Origin: Minisyncoccota bacterium
GTDB taxonomy: Bacteria; Patescibacteriota; Minisyncoccia; Phycocordibacterales; SBAW01
Length of the DNA stretch: 64,000 bases
NCBI GenBank assembly: GCA_035510635.1
Contig: DATKGU010000001.1
Coordinates: 649 to 64,648, forward strand
Direction of reading: 5' to 3'
Below are positions 27,544 through 37,972 of the stretch, one piece after another. How positions within the stretch are numbered: the first letter of the stretch is position 1; every line of letters starts with the position of its first letter. A program made the position numbers and the translations under genes. Below the pieces are notes generated by a model. It was not told where the DNA came from, did not search any database, and was given only the letters and a program-made list of their open reading frames with translations.

Positions 27544-30433
27544 ATGAAATCGCTCCTTGCTGGCCTTACACTTACGGCTTTAGGCTTGGTGCATATGGTG
27601 GCCGGGGGGGGGTCAGCTTGTAGCGTCTGATATATCCTCTCTCTTTACTCACGCGCCCTTCGTAGCCTCTGGCGGAGTAGGGCCAACCGTTGCCGTTACA
27701 TCTCCTCAACCTTGGCACGCAAAAGGCACCTCGCAAACTGCCAGTGTATTCAACGCCACGGTAGCTATTGCATCTACTACCCCCACTCAAACTGTTCCAC
27801 CAGTACAAAGCACTATGATATATCATAGTGCGTCCAGTACTCCAACCACTCCTGCTGTTGGACCTACGAGGTCGAACACAACATCCAATTCCTCCTCCAG
27901 CAAACTCACTACCGCCTATGTCACTCATGGTGAGCTTACTGCCGCTATTCAACAAGCTATTGGTACACTCCCTGCAATCACAGGAGGTTCAGGACAATCA
28001 ACCTCTCCCTCAATTCAAGCACAGTTGGATGCCCTACAAAGGGAAGTAGCCCTTACCAACAGCATCAACAACCTTGCGCCCACTAACAATGTGGCACTTA
28101 CTATTTCTAACCCTACTATTACGGGAGGTACTATCTCCAACGCCGCACTCCAAGGAAATACCCTCTCTGCCGGAGCTGCTACCTTAGGAGCTACTACTAT
28201 TGCCGGTGGTCTTACCGCCACCGGTGGTGTCACTTTTGACAGTGCGACGACGACTAACTTCTTCACAACCACTGCAAACTCGACAAATCTTTTCACAGTC
28301 AATGCTACTACAACAAGTACCTATTCGTCACTTTACAATACTTCCAGCCTGGGTAAGGGTTACGAAATTGATGGCGGCACAGTCTTGCAAGCGAGTTCAA
28401 CGCTGTACAATTTGTCTATAGGTCACCATCTTATCGGCCTTGCTCCTTATACTTTAGTTAATAGTAATACTTTCGTTGGCGAAGGGGCGTTTGATGTCAA
28501 TAACGGAAGTACCGACAATACTGCCGTGGGCGCCAATGCACTCAATTCGCTTTCAGGTCCAAGTCCAACTAGCGGCGGAAGCAATTCGGCTTTTGGTCAG
28601 GCATCGCTCTACAAATTGACTAGTGGAGGTAATAATTCCGCTTTCGGTTCGCTTGGCATGTTTAATGCCACAAGTAGCAGCAATAACGTTGCTGTTGGTT
28701 ATGGTGCTCTTTACGGCAACGCGGGAACCGGCGGCACGTATGACGACAATACCGCTATTGGTGTGAATTCTCTTTGGTCGGAGACGACTGGTAGCTACAA
28801 CACCGCTTTGGGATACTCCAGTCTTTATGCAAACACTACAGGAGGTAGTAATGTTGCTGTCGGCGCACCGGCCCTTCAGGCAAACACGACGGGTAGCCAC
28901 AATATTGCGGTAGGGATTGCTCTCCCATCAAATATCAGTGGTTCACAAAATGTCGCTATTGGTGATAATGCATTAAATAATTCTACTGCATCTTCGTACA
29001 ACACCGCCGTCGGCGTTAGTTCTTTGTATTCTGACACAAGCGGTCAGTATAATGTGGGCCAAGGCGTCCAATCTCTAAACTCTAACACGACGGGCAGCAA
29101 CAGTGCAGCCATTGGGTATCAGGCGCTCTATAACAACACTAATAGTGACCAAAATACCGCCATAGGCGCTGGAGCTGGGTACGGCAACGGTTCTTATACG
29201 AGTGGATTGAATGTTCTCATTGGGGTTAATGCAAATCGAAATGCAGCGAACAGTGCGAATTACAACACGTTTGTGGGCTACGCAGCTGGATATAACAATC
29301 AAGCTCAAGGTAATACAGGACTCGGGTATCAGGCTGGCTACGATATCACCACAGGTTATTACAATCTTGTTCTCGGTTATTATCCGACCACTGGAGTCGG
29401 GCTTACAAGTGGAAACAACAATATACTTTTTGGCTATGATGTAAGACCTGTCTCGCGGGGTGGTAGCAATCAGCTCAATATAGGCAATCTCATCTTTGGA
29501 ACTGGATTGGGTTCAGGTACGACTCTCTCAACAGGTAGCCTAGGCATCGGCACCACCTCACCCGCTACACTCCTCGAACTTGGTGGTAGTACTGCTAATC
29601 TCACTATGGATGGTTACAAGAATTGCACAGGCTTTACCTCCAACGCCAACGGCCTCGTGGCTTGCACTGCGTCAGACCAACGGTTGAAACAGGGCATTAC
29701 GCCGCTTGATGCCTCAAGCACTCTATCGGCAATTAACGCACTCACCCCCGTGTCCTTCTTCTGGAGGCCAGAGACAGACAGAGGCACACAACAGCAGTAC
29801 GGTCTCATCGCTCAAGCAGTACAACAAATCTTCCCTAATCTTGTTTCTACGAGCTCACCAACAGACTTAACTCCTGATGGCACGCTTACCGTTAACTACG
29901 ACGGCCTCATTGCGCCGATAATTATTGCAATCCAAACACTCAGCAGGGAAGTTGCTTCCCTTACAGCAACCGTGGCGGGGTTTGCAGAAAGTTTTACGAC
30001 GAAAGTTATTAATTCTCAAAAAGATAATACCCAGCAGCTTTGTATCTCCGACGGTCCCAGTGACTCCAATCCTCTGTGTATTACTAAATCACAACTCGCT
30101 AATATTCTCTCTGGTCAATCATCCCCATCGGTCCAAGTGAGCCAATCAACCACCCCCGTCGTCTCCACCTCAACCCCTCCCACCATCAATATCCAAGGTC
30201 AAAACCCTGCCACCATCCACATCGGCGACACCTACACCGACTTGGGTGCCATAGTCACCGACAACCAAGGCCACAACTTGGGTTACACCACCTACCTTAA
30301 CGGTGTGTTAGTTTCTACACTCAGCATTGATACAAGCACCACAACAACCGACACAATAGACTACGTAGCCACTGACACCTGGGGGAATACGAGTACGTCA
30401 ACCCGAACGGTAGTCATAGAAACAGCAAACTAA
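27544..30433 (+). CDS. tail-fibre-like surface protein with S74 chaperone and Ig-like C-terminus; frameshifted at G9 tract 27604-27612
   Basis: signal-like start MKSLLAGLTLTALGL joins the 27815-30433 frame if one G is removed; NxAxG repeats, SDQRLK. Confidence 0.75.
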
Positions 30434-30511
30434 AATATCAAGGACGGTCCTTGAAAAATCCGTGGTGTTGCCACGGATTTTCAAAAACACGGTTTGTGGT
30501 ATACTACCCGC

Positions 30512-30721
30512 ATGTATACAGCTGTGTACGAAAAGGTCCCGCAAGGGTATATTGCATGGCTCGAGGAAATCCCGGGAGTGTTAACGCAGGGCAAAACCAA
30601 GCGCCAAACAGAAGAAAACCTTAAAGACGCGTTTAAAGAGTTTATGCTCGCTCAACGCACGCTCACACACAAAGAAACACGCGGTAAAGACATCACTCGG
30701 GAGCGTTTTGTTTGCGCATAG
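30512..30721 (+). CDS. hicB: HicB-like antitoxin (short)
   Basis: YIAWLEEIPGVLTQGKT..ENLKDA. Confidence 0.8.
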   Translation: MYTAVYEKVPQGYIAWLEEIPGVLTQGKTKRQTEENLKDAFKEFMLAQRTLTHKETRGKDITRERFVCA

Positions 30722-30726
30722 CAACG

Positions 30727-30921
30727 ATGAAACGCCGTGACTTTGAAAGTCATTTGCAGTTGCACAAATGCGATTTAGTGCGCGAAGGCGCTAAACACTC
30801 GGTGTATAAAAACTTTCAAACAGGGAGCAGTTCAACGGTGCCCCGGCATGCGGAGATTTGGCCGGACATGGTCAAAAAAATCTGTAAACAGCTTGGCATT
30901 CCAGTGCCCAAGGGCAAGTAA
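30727..30921 (+). CDS. hicA: HicA toxin
   Basis: REGAKHSVY..TVPRHAEI..KICKQLG. Confidence 0.88.
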   Translation: MKRRDFESHLQLHKCDLVREGAKHSVYKNFQTGSSSTVPRHAEIWPDMVKKICKQLGIPVPKGK

Positions 30922-30932
30922 GGCATCTCAAT

Positions 30933-30963
30933 AAAAAACTCCGGCATGTGCCGGAGTTTTTTT
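30933..30963. terminator. bidirectional terminator
   Basis: aaaaactccggca-tg-tgccggagttttttt between convergent genes. Confidence 0.75.
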
Positions 30964-30975
30964 GTTTGAAATTTG

Positions 30976-31329
30976 TTAGGAAACTTTGGAGACTACTCTT
31001 GCAAAGGTCTCGGGGGACTTGGCTGCGAGCTCGGAGAGCATTTTGCGGTTTATAAGGACGCCTTGTTTCTTGAGTGCGCCTATAAACTTGCTGTAGGAGA
31101 GTATACCTTCGCCGACATTGTCGAGACCGGCGTTGATGCGGACGTTCCACAAACGGCGAAAGTCGTTTTTCTTGTCGCGGCGGTGCGCAAAGGCGCTTTT
31201 GCCGGCATGAAAGACCGCCTCTTTTGCCGCGCGCTCCTTTTTGCTGCGGGCAAAGCGATAGCCTTTGACCGTTTTAAGGACATTGCGGCGGCGCTTGAGC
31301 GAATTGACTCCTCCTTTTACTCTGGACAT
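30976..31329 (-). CDS. rplT: 50S ribosomal protein L20
   Basis: MSRVKGG, FRRLWNVRINAG, NRKMLSELA. Confidence 0.97.
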   Translation of the reverse strand: MSRVKGGVNSLKRRRNVLKTVKGYRFARSKKERAAKEAVFHAGKSAFAHRRDKKNDFRRLWNVRINAGLDNVGEGILSYSKFIGALKKQGVLINRKMLSELAAKSPETFARVVSKVS

Positions 31330-31529
31330 AGATTAATTCTTTGACTTTGCAGCCGTTTAAAGCGCTGGGATACTTTGGGGGTAACCTTGTAGTTTTGCGT
31401 GCGGTTGGTGCCCATTTGCGTGCGGCGGCTCTCCTTAGCATTAAAATGGTCTTGACCTGGGCGGCGCGCGGTAAGCTTGCCGTTTTTGCTGATTTTGAGG
31501 CGCTTGGTAAATGATTTGTTGGTTTTCAT
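31317..31529 (-). CDS. rpmI: 50S ribosomal protein L35
   Basis: MKTNKSFTKRLKISKNGK; lies between infC and rplT. Confidence 0.88.
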   Translation of the reverse strand: MKTNKSFTKRLKISKNGKLTARRPGQDHFNAKESRRTQMGTNRTQNYKVTPKVSQRFKRLQSQRINLCPE

Positions 31530-31566
31530 GGTGTTCTTTTTTATTGTCTTCCTCGCAGGCTCGGAA

Positions 31567-32088
31567 TTACGCTGCTTTCTTTCCTACTTTTTCTATCACC
31601 GTGCTCAAGCCCTTGGGGCTCTTGCTGATAGGCTCGCCCTGCTTAAACTCGGCCGGGATAAGCTTGAGAAACCGCTCGAGCCGCTCCTTTAAAAAGGCAA
31701 ATTCCATGTACTTGTAGCGCCCCCACAAAAAGAGGTCTACTTTAACACGGTGCCCCTCACCGAGCCACTCTGCGGCCCGCTTGGCCTTAAGGGCCATATC
31801 GTTGTCGCCGGTGCCTATTTTTACCTGGACGGACTTCGTTTCGGTGGTGTGCGATTTAGCCTTTATTTCACGGCGTTTCTTCTCCTGCTCGTAGGAGAAT
31901 TTACCATATTCCATGATTTTTGCAACCGGCGGGACGGCGTTGGGCGATATCTCGATAAGGTCGAGGCCGAGCTCTTCGGCGCGCGCCAAAGCATCAGAAA
32001 GGCTTATGACGCCTATATTTTCCCCTTCGGGGCCGATAACGCGCACCTCGGCGGCGCGTATCTGATGATTGATGCGAGTAGTATCCAA
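31567..32088 (-). CDS. infC: translation initiation factor IF-3 (TTG start)
   Basis: RINHQIRA.EVRVI, PPVAKIMEYGKF. Confidence 0.95.
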   Translation of the reverse strand: MDTTRINHQIRAAEVRVIGPEGENIGVISLSDALARAEELGLDLIEISPNAVPPVAKIMEYGKFSYEQEKKRREIKAKSHTTETKSVQVKIGTGDNDMALKAKRAAEWLGEGHRVKVDLFLWGRYKYMEFAFLKERLERFLKLIPAEFKQGEPISKSPKGLSTVIEKVGKKAA

Positions 32089-32141
32089 AGCGTTTGTGGG
32101 CTTTAGTATAACACCCTTATCTGTTTTTGGTAAGAGTGTAT

Positions 32142-33284
32142 CTAGTTGTGGTGCAAACCTCTAAGGAGCGCACTGCAGTCGGCTATAAGGTTTAAGATGG
32201 TGGGTTTGTTGGGCAGCGTCTTGTCTTTTGCGATAGTCGTGAGCACCGACACGATGTCGATGAGACAGCTATTGGTTGATTTGACCACAAAAAAGGTAAC
32301 GGTCGAAGTTGCGGTGTTGCCGTAGCTGTCGGTGGCAACAACCGATGCTTTGCTTACGGTGGGCGCCGAGCTAAGCGGAAGCGGCGCAGCCGGATTTATC
32401 ACTGTACCATTAAGCCAATAGACCACATGTGCAATAGGCGACTGGTCGGTAACGGTTGCGGTCAAAAACACCGTGTTGGTTTTAGCATACAAGCTATATT
32501 GGAGCGGAGAGGTGATAGTGACACTCGGCGGTGTTGTATCAACTACGGGCGCCGGCGTGATAGTGAGCGTGCCTGGTACAAAGGTAAATGCGTAGTTGTT
32601 TGCGGAGACCAACGTGCCTGCCGTGCAGGTGATAGGGTAGGTGCCCAGCGTGCTCGCGCTGGTGGCGGTGGTCGTACATTGCGCCGAGCCGGTTACGTCA
32701 TTGGAGCTTGCGGTGTCGGGTGCCACAAAACCGCTCAGCGTTGAGGTAAATGTTGGGAGAGATGCGCCTTGCACCATGCTTTGATTGTCAGCGGTCACGG
32801 TAAGAGAAAAACGCGGCCACTGCCAGGGAATCGTGGTGAGGTCGGGCGAGGTAGTGCCTTGGCCTGTTGTAAGGTAGGTATCAGTTACGAGTGCATCACT
32901 TAACGTTGACCCTGAGTATGCGGCAGCAAAATATGTATCGCCGGGATTTGGTGTGCCAAAAGAGTTGGGGTAAGAGATAAAAGAAAAGTACGGACTCCCT
33001 TGGACAAACCCAACATTAACCTCTGTTGCGTTGCCGATGGTGCCTTTGTAAATGCCAATCACTTTGTAGCTGCCGGTTTGAGGGATGGTGTACGTGCAGG
33101 TGCCGCCGTTTGTTGGCGCGTACGAGCCGCCTACTACAAAAGGCGCGGTGTACGGATCGCACGTGACACTAAACGGGAGAGGAGTTGTCGAAGGATTTGG
33201 AGCGCTTGCAACACTTGCCCATGCCACCGGACTTCCGATAAAGAGTAGTGCAACCAGAGCAACCACATATCCTGTGTATTTCAT
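32142..33284 (-). CDS. secreted protein with MBG/Ig-like domains
   Basis: signal peptide; LTVTADNQS..GTYPIT..FVPGTLTIT; DTTPPSVTITSP. Confidence 0.75.
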   Translation of the reverse strand: MKYTGYVVALVALLFIGSPVAWASVASAPNPSTTPLPFSVTCDPYTAPFVVGGSYAPTNGGTCTYTIPQTGSYKVIGIYKGTIGNATEVNVGFVQGSPYFSFISYPNSFGTPNPGDTYFAAAYSGSTLSDALVTDTYLTTGQGTTSPDLTTIPWQWPRFSLTVTADNQSMVQGASLPTFTSTLSGFVAPDTASSNDVTGSAQCTTTATSASTLGTYPITCTAGTLVSANNYAFTFVPGTLTITPAPVVDTTPPSVTITSPLQYSLYAKTNTVFLTATVTDQSPIAHVVYWLNGTVINPAAPLPLSSAPTVSKASVVATDSYGNTATSTVTFFVVKSTNSCLIDIVSVLTTIAKDKTLPNKPTILNLIADCSALLRGLHHN

Positions 33285-33356
33285 ATGATTTTAAGGTACC
33301 ACAAGTGACAATACTATGCGGGCAACTTTTGCACAGGTTCATCCGTAAGATATAGT

Positions 33357-34262
33357 ATGCAGCGATATCTCAGATATCTGGCAGCCGGTTTGACGCTCTC
33401 TGCGAGCTTGCTGGTGTGTCAGCCGGCCTATGCGGCAACGATACCCGGCCAGCAGTTAAACGTGCCGCAAGGCACCGCTTCGCTCAATTGGGCTGGATAC
33501 GTCGCTCAAAACTCAGGCACCTATACGAGCGTAACCGGTACGTGGACTATTCCTGCAGTGCCCGCAAACCCTTCGGGCGCGGCCGACGCCACATGGGTTG
33601 GTATCGGCGGGGTCCAAACGCACGATTTGATACAAGCAGGCACGCAAGCGCTGATAAACAGCAACGGCACCGTTACCTACACTGCGTGGGTTGAAACACT
33701 CCCCGGATACTCTCAAACGGTTTCTCTAGCTGTCGCAAGCGGCGACTCTATCACGGCAACGCTCAGCCAAGTGTCGCAGGATGTTTGGAGTGTTGTTATA
33801 AAAGACAACACCAGCGGGCAGAGTTATAGTGCGACGCTCAATTATGATTCGTCGCTTTCATCGGCCGAGTGGGTGGAGGAGATGGTCAGCAATCAAAACG
33901 GCGCGTTTATATCGCTCGACTCGTTTGGTATGGTCGGATTTACCGGCGCGAGCGCCACGGTTAATGGCACGAGTGAAAATCTTGCGGAGCTTAATGCGCA
34001 GCCGCTCCCGATGGTTAACAGTGCGGGCTCCATATTGGCAAGTGTCTCTGCGCTCGGCAGCGATGGCGCAAGTTTTAGCGTTACGCGCACAAGTGCCTCG
34101 CCAAGCGCGAGCGTGCCGCGCGGCACTGTAGGCCGCTGGCATGTCATACAAACGGCCACCTCAACACCGGGCGCCGACCCCGGCTTTACCTTTGTGCGCC
34201 GCTTGCGTGCGCAGACAGACGGCCGTCATATTGGGTTTAGCTTTGTGCTGATGCGATTTTAA
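33357..34262 (+). CDS. G1-family glutamic endopeptidase, secreted
   Basis: SLNWAGY, WVGIGG, LIQAGT, SAEWVEE. Confidence 0.88.
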   Translation: MQRYLRYLAAGLTLSASLLVCQPAYAATIPGQQLNVPQGTASLNWAGYVAQNSGTYTSVTGTWTIPAVPANPSGAADATWVGIGGVQTHDLIQAGTQALINSNGTVTYTAWVETLPGYSQTVSLAVASGDSITATLSQVSQDVWSVVIKDNTSGQSYSATLNYDSSLSSAEWVEEMVSNQNGAFISLDSFGMVGFTGASATVNGTSENLAELNAQPLPMVNSAGSILASVSALGSDGASFSVTRTSASPSASVPRGTVGRWHVIQTATSTPGADPGFTFVRRLRAQTDGRHIGFSFVLMRF

Positions 34263-34489
34263 AACAAAGAGGGAAGGCCAAACGACAGCAGTGTGGTGAT
34301 AAACATAAAAAATAAAAAAGTGAGTGCGCCGGTTTGAAAGGCCTGTATAAGCGGCTTTCTCTTTTCGGCATAATGGCGCGACATTTCCATGTAGTTGATA
34401 AGAAAAGCCACCAATCCTGCGAGGGTAGAAAAGACCGATCCCCACACCAAGAGGAAGGAAAAGAGCATACCTCTAAGTATTGCACACAT
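34259..34489 (-). CDS. small membrane protein
   Basis: two hydrophobic helices; true start may be the internal ATG. Confidence 0.55.
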   Translation of the reverse strand: MCAILRGMLFSFLLVWGSVFSTLAGLVAFLINYMEMSRHYAEKRKPLIQAFQTGALTFLFFMFITTLLSFGLPSLF

Positions 34490-34576
34490 TACATGATGTT
34501 TTCATGTGCTCCTGATTAAGTTCGCGCTATACTAGTGTAGTAAAACGCATGTAATTATTAGTTGTTTATAAAAATA

Positions 34577-34930
34577 ATGGCAAAAGATATGGACAAAGAG
34601 CACGGCGAGGGGTGCACGTGTGGGTGCCAAAATGGGATGTGCGGATGTCATGGAGGCATGTGCGGAGGCTTGTGGGGTCACTATCACTGGGGCCACATGA
34701 TTATCAAGCTTTTTATCGTATTGTTTATATTTTGGGCGGGCATGCAGTTTGGCGAGCTTAAAGCTGCTGTCGACAACTTTGAGGGCGGCGGCATGGGCTA
34801 CGGTCATAGTTCCTACTATCTCAATGGTGCGCAGGGCGACATGATGGGCGGTCGGACTACGTCTGCGATGCCTGCTCAGGGCGTCACCGTACAAATGATG
34901 CGCGTCGCCACCGACACTCCCCGCCAATAA
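34577..34930 (+). CDS. membrane protein with Cys/Gly/His-rich N-terminus
   Basis: GCTCGC..MCGCHGGMC, one TM helix, terminator downstream. Confidence 0.65.
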   Translation: MAKDMDKEHGEGCTCGCQNGMCGCHGGMCGGLWGHYHWGHMIIKLFIVLFIFWAGMQFGELKAAVDNFEGGGMGYGHSSYYLNGAQGDMMGGRTTSAMPAQGVTVQMMRVATDTPRQ

Positions 34931-35033
34931 TTTCGTACTGACCTAAATCAAAAAAACACCCGATGCGGGTGTTTTTTTGTTGAATACCTGAAACGATACT
35001 AGGTCTATAGTCGTATATACTTATATCTACGGT

Positions 35034-35618
35034 ATGAAACGGTTTGCCCTTTCGGTGTTGGTGTTTGTGGCCTCTGGGGCCTATGTGGTGTACCAATACA
35101 TGGGAGGCAGCTTTGCGAGTGCCGCTATACCTGCGCCCACCGTGGTTGCTGTACAAACCACACAACCAGTTGCCACCACGCCTGCTACGACAGTCACAAC
35201 GCAGCCAAGTACCCCCACGCAAACAACAACTCCTACTTCAACACAAACGCCAACCCCAACTCAGGTACCAACACCCACTCCTACCCCTGTGGTAACACCA
35301 ACGCCGGCTCCCGTTGTTAAACCCAAGGGTCTATATACAGACGGCACCTATACCGGCAGCACCGCCGATGCCTACTACGGCACCGTGCAAGTGCAGGTCG
35401 TTATCCAAAATGGGAAAATAGTCACGGTAAACTTTTTGCAATATCCGAGCGACCGCCGGACCTCGCAATATATCAACGCACAAGCAATGCCGCAGCTTAA
35501 GAGCGAGGCAATCGCAGCGCAGAGCGCCAACGTAAGCGGCGTCTCGGGTGCATCGGACACGAGCGCGGCTTTTATCCAATCACTTGGCGATGCGCTTACG
35601 CAGGCTAAAAACGCATAA
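35034..35618 (+). CDS. FMN-binding (flavinylated) protein
   Basis: YTDGTYTG, VSGASDTS flavinylation motif, Pro/Thr linker. Confidence 0.88.
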   Translation: MKRFALSVLVFVASGAYVVYQYMGGSFASAAIPAPTVVAVQTTQPVATTPATTVTTQPSTPTQTTTPTSTQTPTPTQVPTPTPTPVVTPTPAPVVKPKGLYTDGTYTGSTADAYYGTVQVQVVIQNGKIVTVNFLQYPSDRRTSQYINAQAMPQLKSEAIAAQSANVSGVSGASDTSAAFIQSLGDALTQAKNA

Positions 35619-35620
35619 CT

Positions 35621-36361
35621 ATGCGAGCTACGCGGATTATCATGGCTATGCCTGTGGTTGTGGAGATAGTCGGCGGCACCGAGGCCGACCTCAACACCGT
35701 GTTTGATTATTTTACAGCGGTCGACGAGCGTTTTAGCGTCTACAAACCGCACAGTGAGATTTCAAAAATTAATCGCGGCGAGCTGCATCTCAAAGATGCA
35801 AGCAAAGAGATGCAAGAAGTGTTTGTGCTTTCCGAAAAGACCCGCGAGGAAAGCGATGGGTATTTTTCTATCACCAAACCAGACGGCACCATTGACCCTT
35901 CGGGGCTGGTGAAAGGCTGGGCGATACAAAATGCCGCGCAATTAATTGAGCACATGGGGTATCACGATTACTACGTAGAAGTTGCCGGCGATATACAAAC
36001 CAAAGGCGTTGACGAAGTGGGCCAGCCGTGGAGCATTGGCATCCGCAATCCATTTAACCGCAACGAAATTGTTAAAGTGCTCTATCCAAAAGGGAAGGGC
36101 GTTGCAACCTCGGGTACCGCTATTAGAGGACAGCATATTTATAATCCGCATGACCTTGCGCAAACCTTTGACGACGTCGTGAGCCTTACGGTTGTGGGGC
36201 CAAATATTTACGAGGCCGATAGGTTTGCCACCGCGGCGTTTGCTATGGGGCGGGGAGGTGTCACGTTTATCGAGCAGCTCCCCGCGTTTGATGGGTATAG
36301 TATTGATAGCAAAGGCATTGCAACCATGACCAGCGGCTTTGAAGCACTCACCACCCTATGA
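35621..36361 (+). CDS. apbE: FAD:protein FMN transferase
   Basis: DPSGLVKGW, AGDI, VATSG..HIYNP, ADRFATA. Confidence 0.9.
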   Translation: MRATRIIMAMPVVVEIVGGTEADLNTVFDYFTAVDERFSVYKPHSEISKINRGELHLKDASKEMQEVFVLSEKTREESDGYFSITKPDGTIDPSGLVKGWAIQNAAQLIEHMGYHDYYVEVAGDIQTKGVDEVGQPWSIGIRNPFNRNEIVKVLYPKGKGVATSGTAIRGQHIYNPHDLAQTFDDVVSLTVVGPNIYEADRFATAAFAMGRGGVTFIEQLPAFDGYSIDSKGIATMTSGFEALTTL

Positions 36362-37869
36362 ACTTTATAGACAACTTTTTAAATCGCATCACCATGTACC
36401 GCTTGGTGCTGTATTACCTCGTGGGTTTGGTATTGGTTGCGTTTGTGTTTGGATTTTTTGGCATATTGCCCTATGACCCAACGGCTATCGCGTTTTCGAT
36501 GGTGCTTATCTTAGCCGTGTGTTGGGTCACCAACTGGGTGTTTGCGCGCGTGTTTGAAGCGGCCACCAACATTGAGTCGGTATATATTACCGCGCTCATC
36601 TTGGTGCTTATCATCAATCCGGTTATGGCCACCGATCACACCGGCGTCGGATTTCTTATTTTTGCCAGCGTGTGGGCGATGGCGTCAAAATATATTTTTG
36701 CTATCGGTAAAAAACATGTGTTTAATCCGGCTGCGTTTGCCGTGGCGTTGACCGCGCTGGTGTTAAACGAGCCGGCCACGTGGTGGGTAGGAGGCAACTT
36801 GGCGCTGCTGCCGTTTGTGGTAGTGGGCGGCCTGTTGGTGGTGCGCAAAATACAACGCTTTGACCTTGTGGCTAGCTTTGCAGTGGTGTCGCTTGCAACT
36901 ATTGTCGCGACCTCCGGCGGCAACTACACAACGCCCATTACGCAAACGCTCCTCCACTCGTCGTTTTTCTTTTTAGCGTTTGTGATGTTGACCGAGCCGC
37001 TCACCACGCCGCCCAACCGCTGGTTGCGCGTGTTGTACGGCGCGATTGTAGGATTTCTTTTTGCGCCCAACATACACATTGGCGGGTTTTATCTCACACC
37101 AGAGCTGGCGCTTCTCGTAGGCAACATCTTTGCCTACGCGGTGAGCCCCAAAGGGCGCTATATGCTCACCTTGGTTGGCATCGAGCAGATGTCCACCGAC
37201 GTATACGACTTTGTATTTAAAAGCGACCGCAGTTTTATGTTTAAACCGGGGCAATATTTGGAGTGGACGCTTGGGCATCGTTACCCCGACGACCGCGGCA
37301 ACCGGCGATACTTTACTATTGCCTCTGCGCCAAGCGAACAAAACATGCGCCTCGGTGTTAAGTTTTATACGCCGTCGAGCACCTTTAAGCGTGCGCTTGC
37401 CAACATGAAGGTGGGGGAGAAGATATCGGCCTCGCATCTCTCGGGCGGATTTGTGTTGCCAAAAGACGCTACAAAAAAGCTGGTGTTTATTGCAGGAGGC
37501 ATTGGCATCACGCCGTTTCGCAGCATGATCCAATACATGCTCGACAAAAAAGAGCGGCGCAGTGTCGTGTTGCTCTACTCCAACAAAACCGCCGCCGATG
37601 TTGCCTACAAACCTATCTTTGACCGTGCGCAAACAGAGCTTGGAATTAAAACGCTGTATGCCTTGAGCGCCGAAAAAACCCAAGTACCCGGCATGTTTAA
37701 CGGGAGTATTGATGCCGCATTAATTGCCGAGCAGATACCGGATTATAAAGAACGCATGTTTTATCTCTCCGGCCCGCACGGCATGGTAGACGCCTTTAAA
37801 CACACACTTGTCGGCATGGGAGTTTCGCGATTTAAAATTAAAAGTGACTTCTTTCCCGGCCTTGTATAA
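36358..37869 (+). CDS. NqrB/RnfD-like membrane domain fused to FNR-type FAD/NAD oxidoreductase
   Basis: KHVFNPAA, MLTEPLTTP; FKPGQY, RYFTIAS, AGGIGITP. Confidence 0.85.
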   Translation: MNFIDNFLNRITMYRLVLYYLVGLVLVAFVFGFFGILPYDPTAIAFSMVLILAVCWVTNWVFARVFEAATNIESVYITALILVLIINPVMATDHTGVGFLIFASVWAMASKYIFAIGKKHVFNPAAFAVALTALVLNEPATWWVGGNLALLPFVVVGGLLVVRKIQRFDLVASFAVVSLATIVATSGGNYTTPITQTLLHSSFFFLAFVMLTEPLTTPPNRWLRVLYGAIVGFLFAPNIHIGGFYLTPELALLVGNIFAYAVSPKGRYMLTLVGIEQMSTDVYDFVFKSDRSFMFKPGQYLEWTLGHRYPDDRGNRRYFTIASAPSEQNMRLGVKFYTPSSTFKRALANMKVGEKISASHLSGGFVLPKDATKKLVFIAGGIGITPFRSMIQYMLDKKERRSVVLLYSNKTAADVAYKPIFDRAQTELGIKTLYALSAEKTQVPGMFNGSIDAALIAEQIPDYKERMFYLSGPHGMVDAFKHTLVGMGVSRFKIKSDFFPGLV

Positions 37870-37972
37870 CCTATGAGCGAGCACAAACTATTTATCGGTA
37901 ATCGCGCCAGCGCCAAAAGTGCGCCGCACGTATACTGATGATGACAGGGGAGATGATAATTAATCACACACT

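Noticed and set aside
10270-30415. Similar 3' ends of the two fibre genes as DGR template and variable repeats
   Set aside because: Differences are mostly synonymous third positions, not adenine-specific; both copies are coding paralogues.
35150-35320. Tandem-like ACNCCN repeats
   Set aside because: They simply encode the Pro/Thr linker of the FMN-binding protein.
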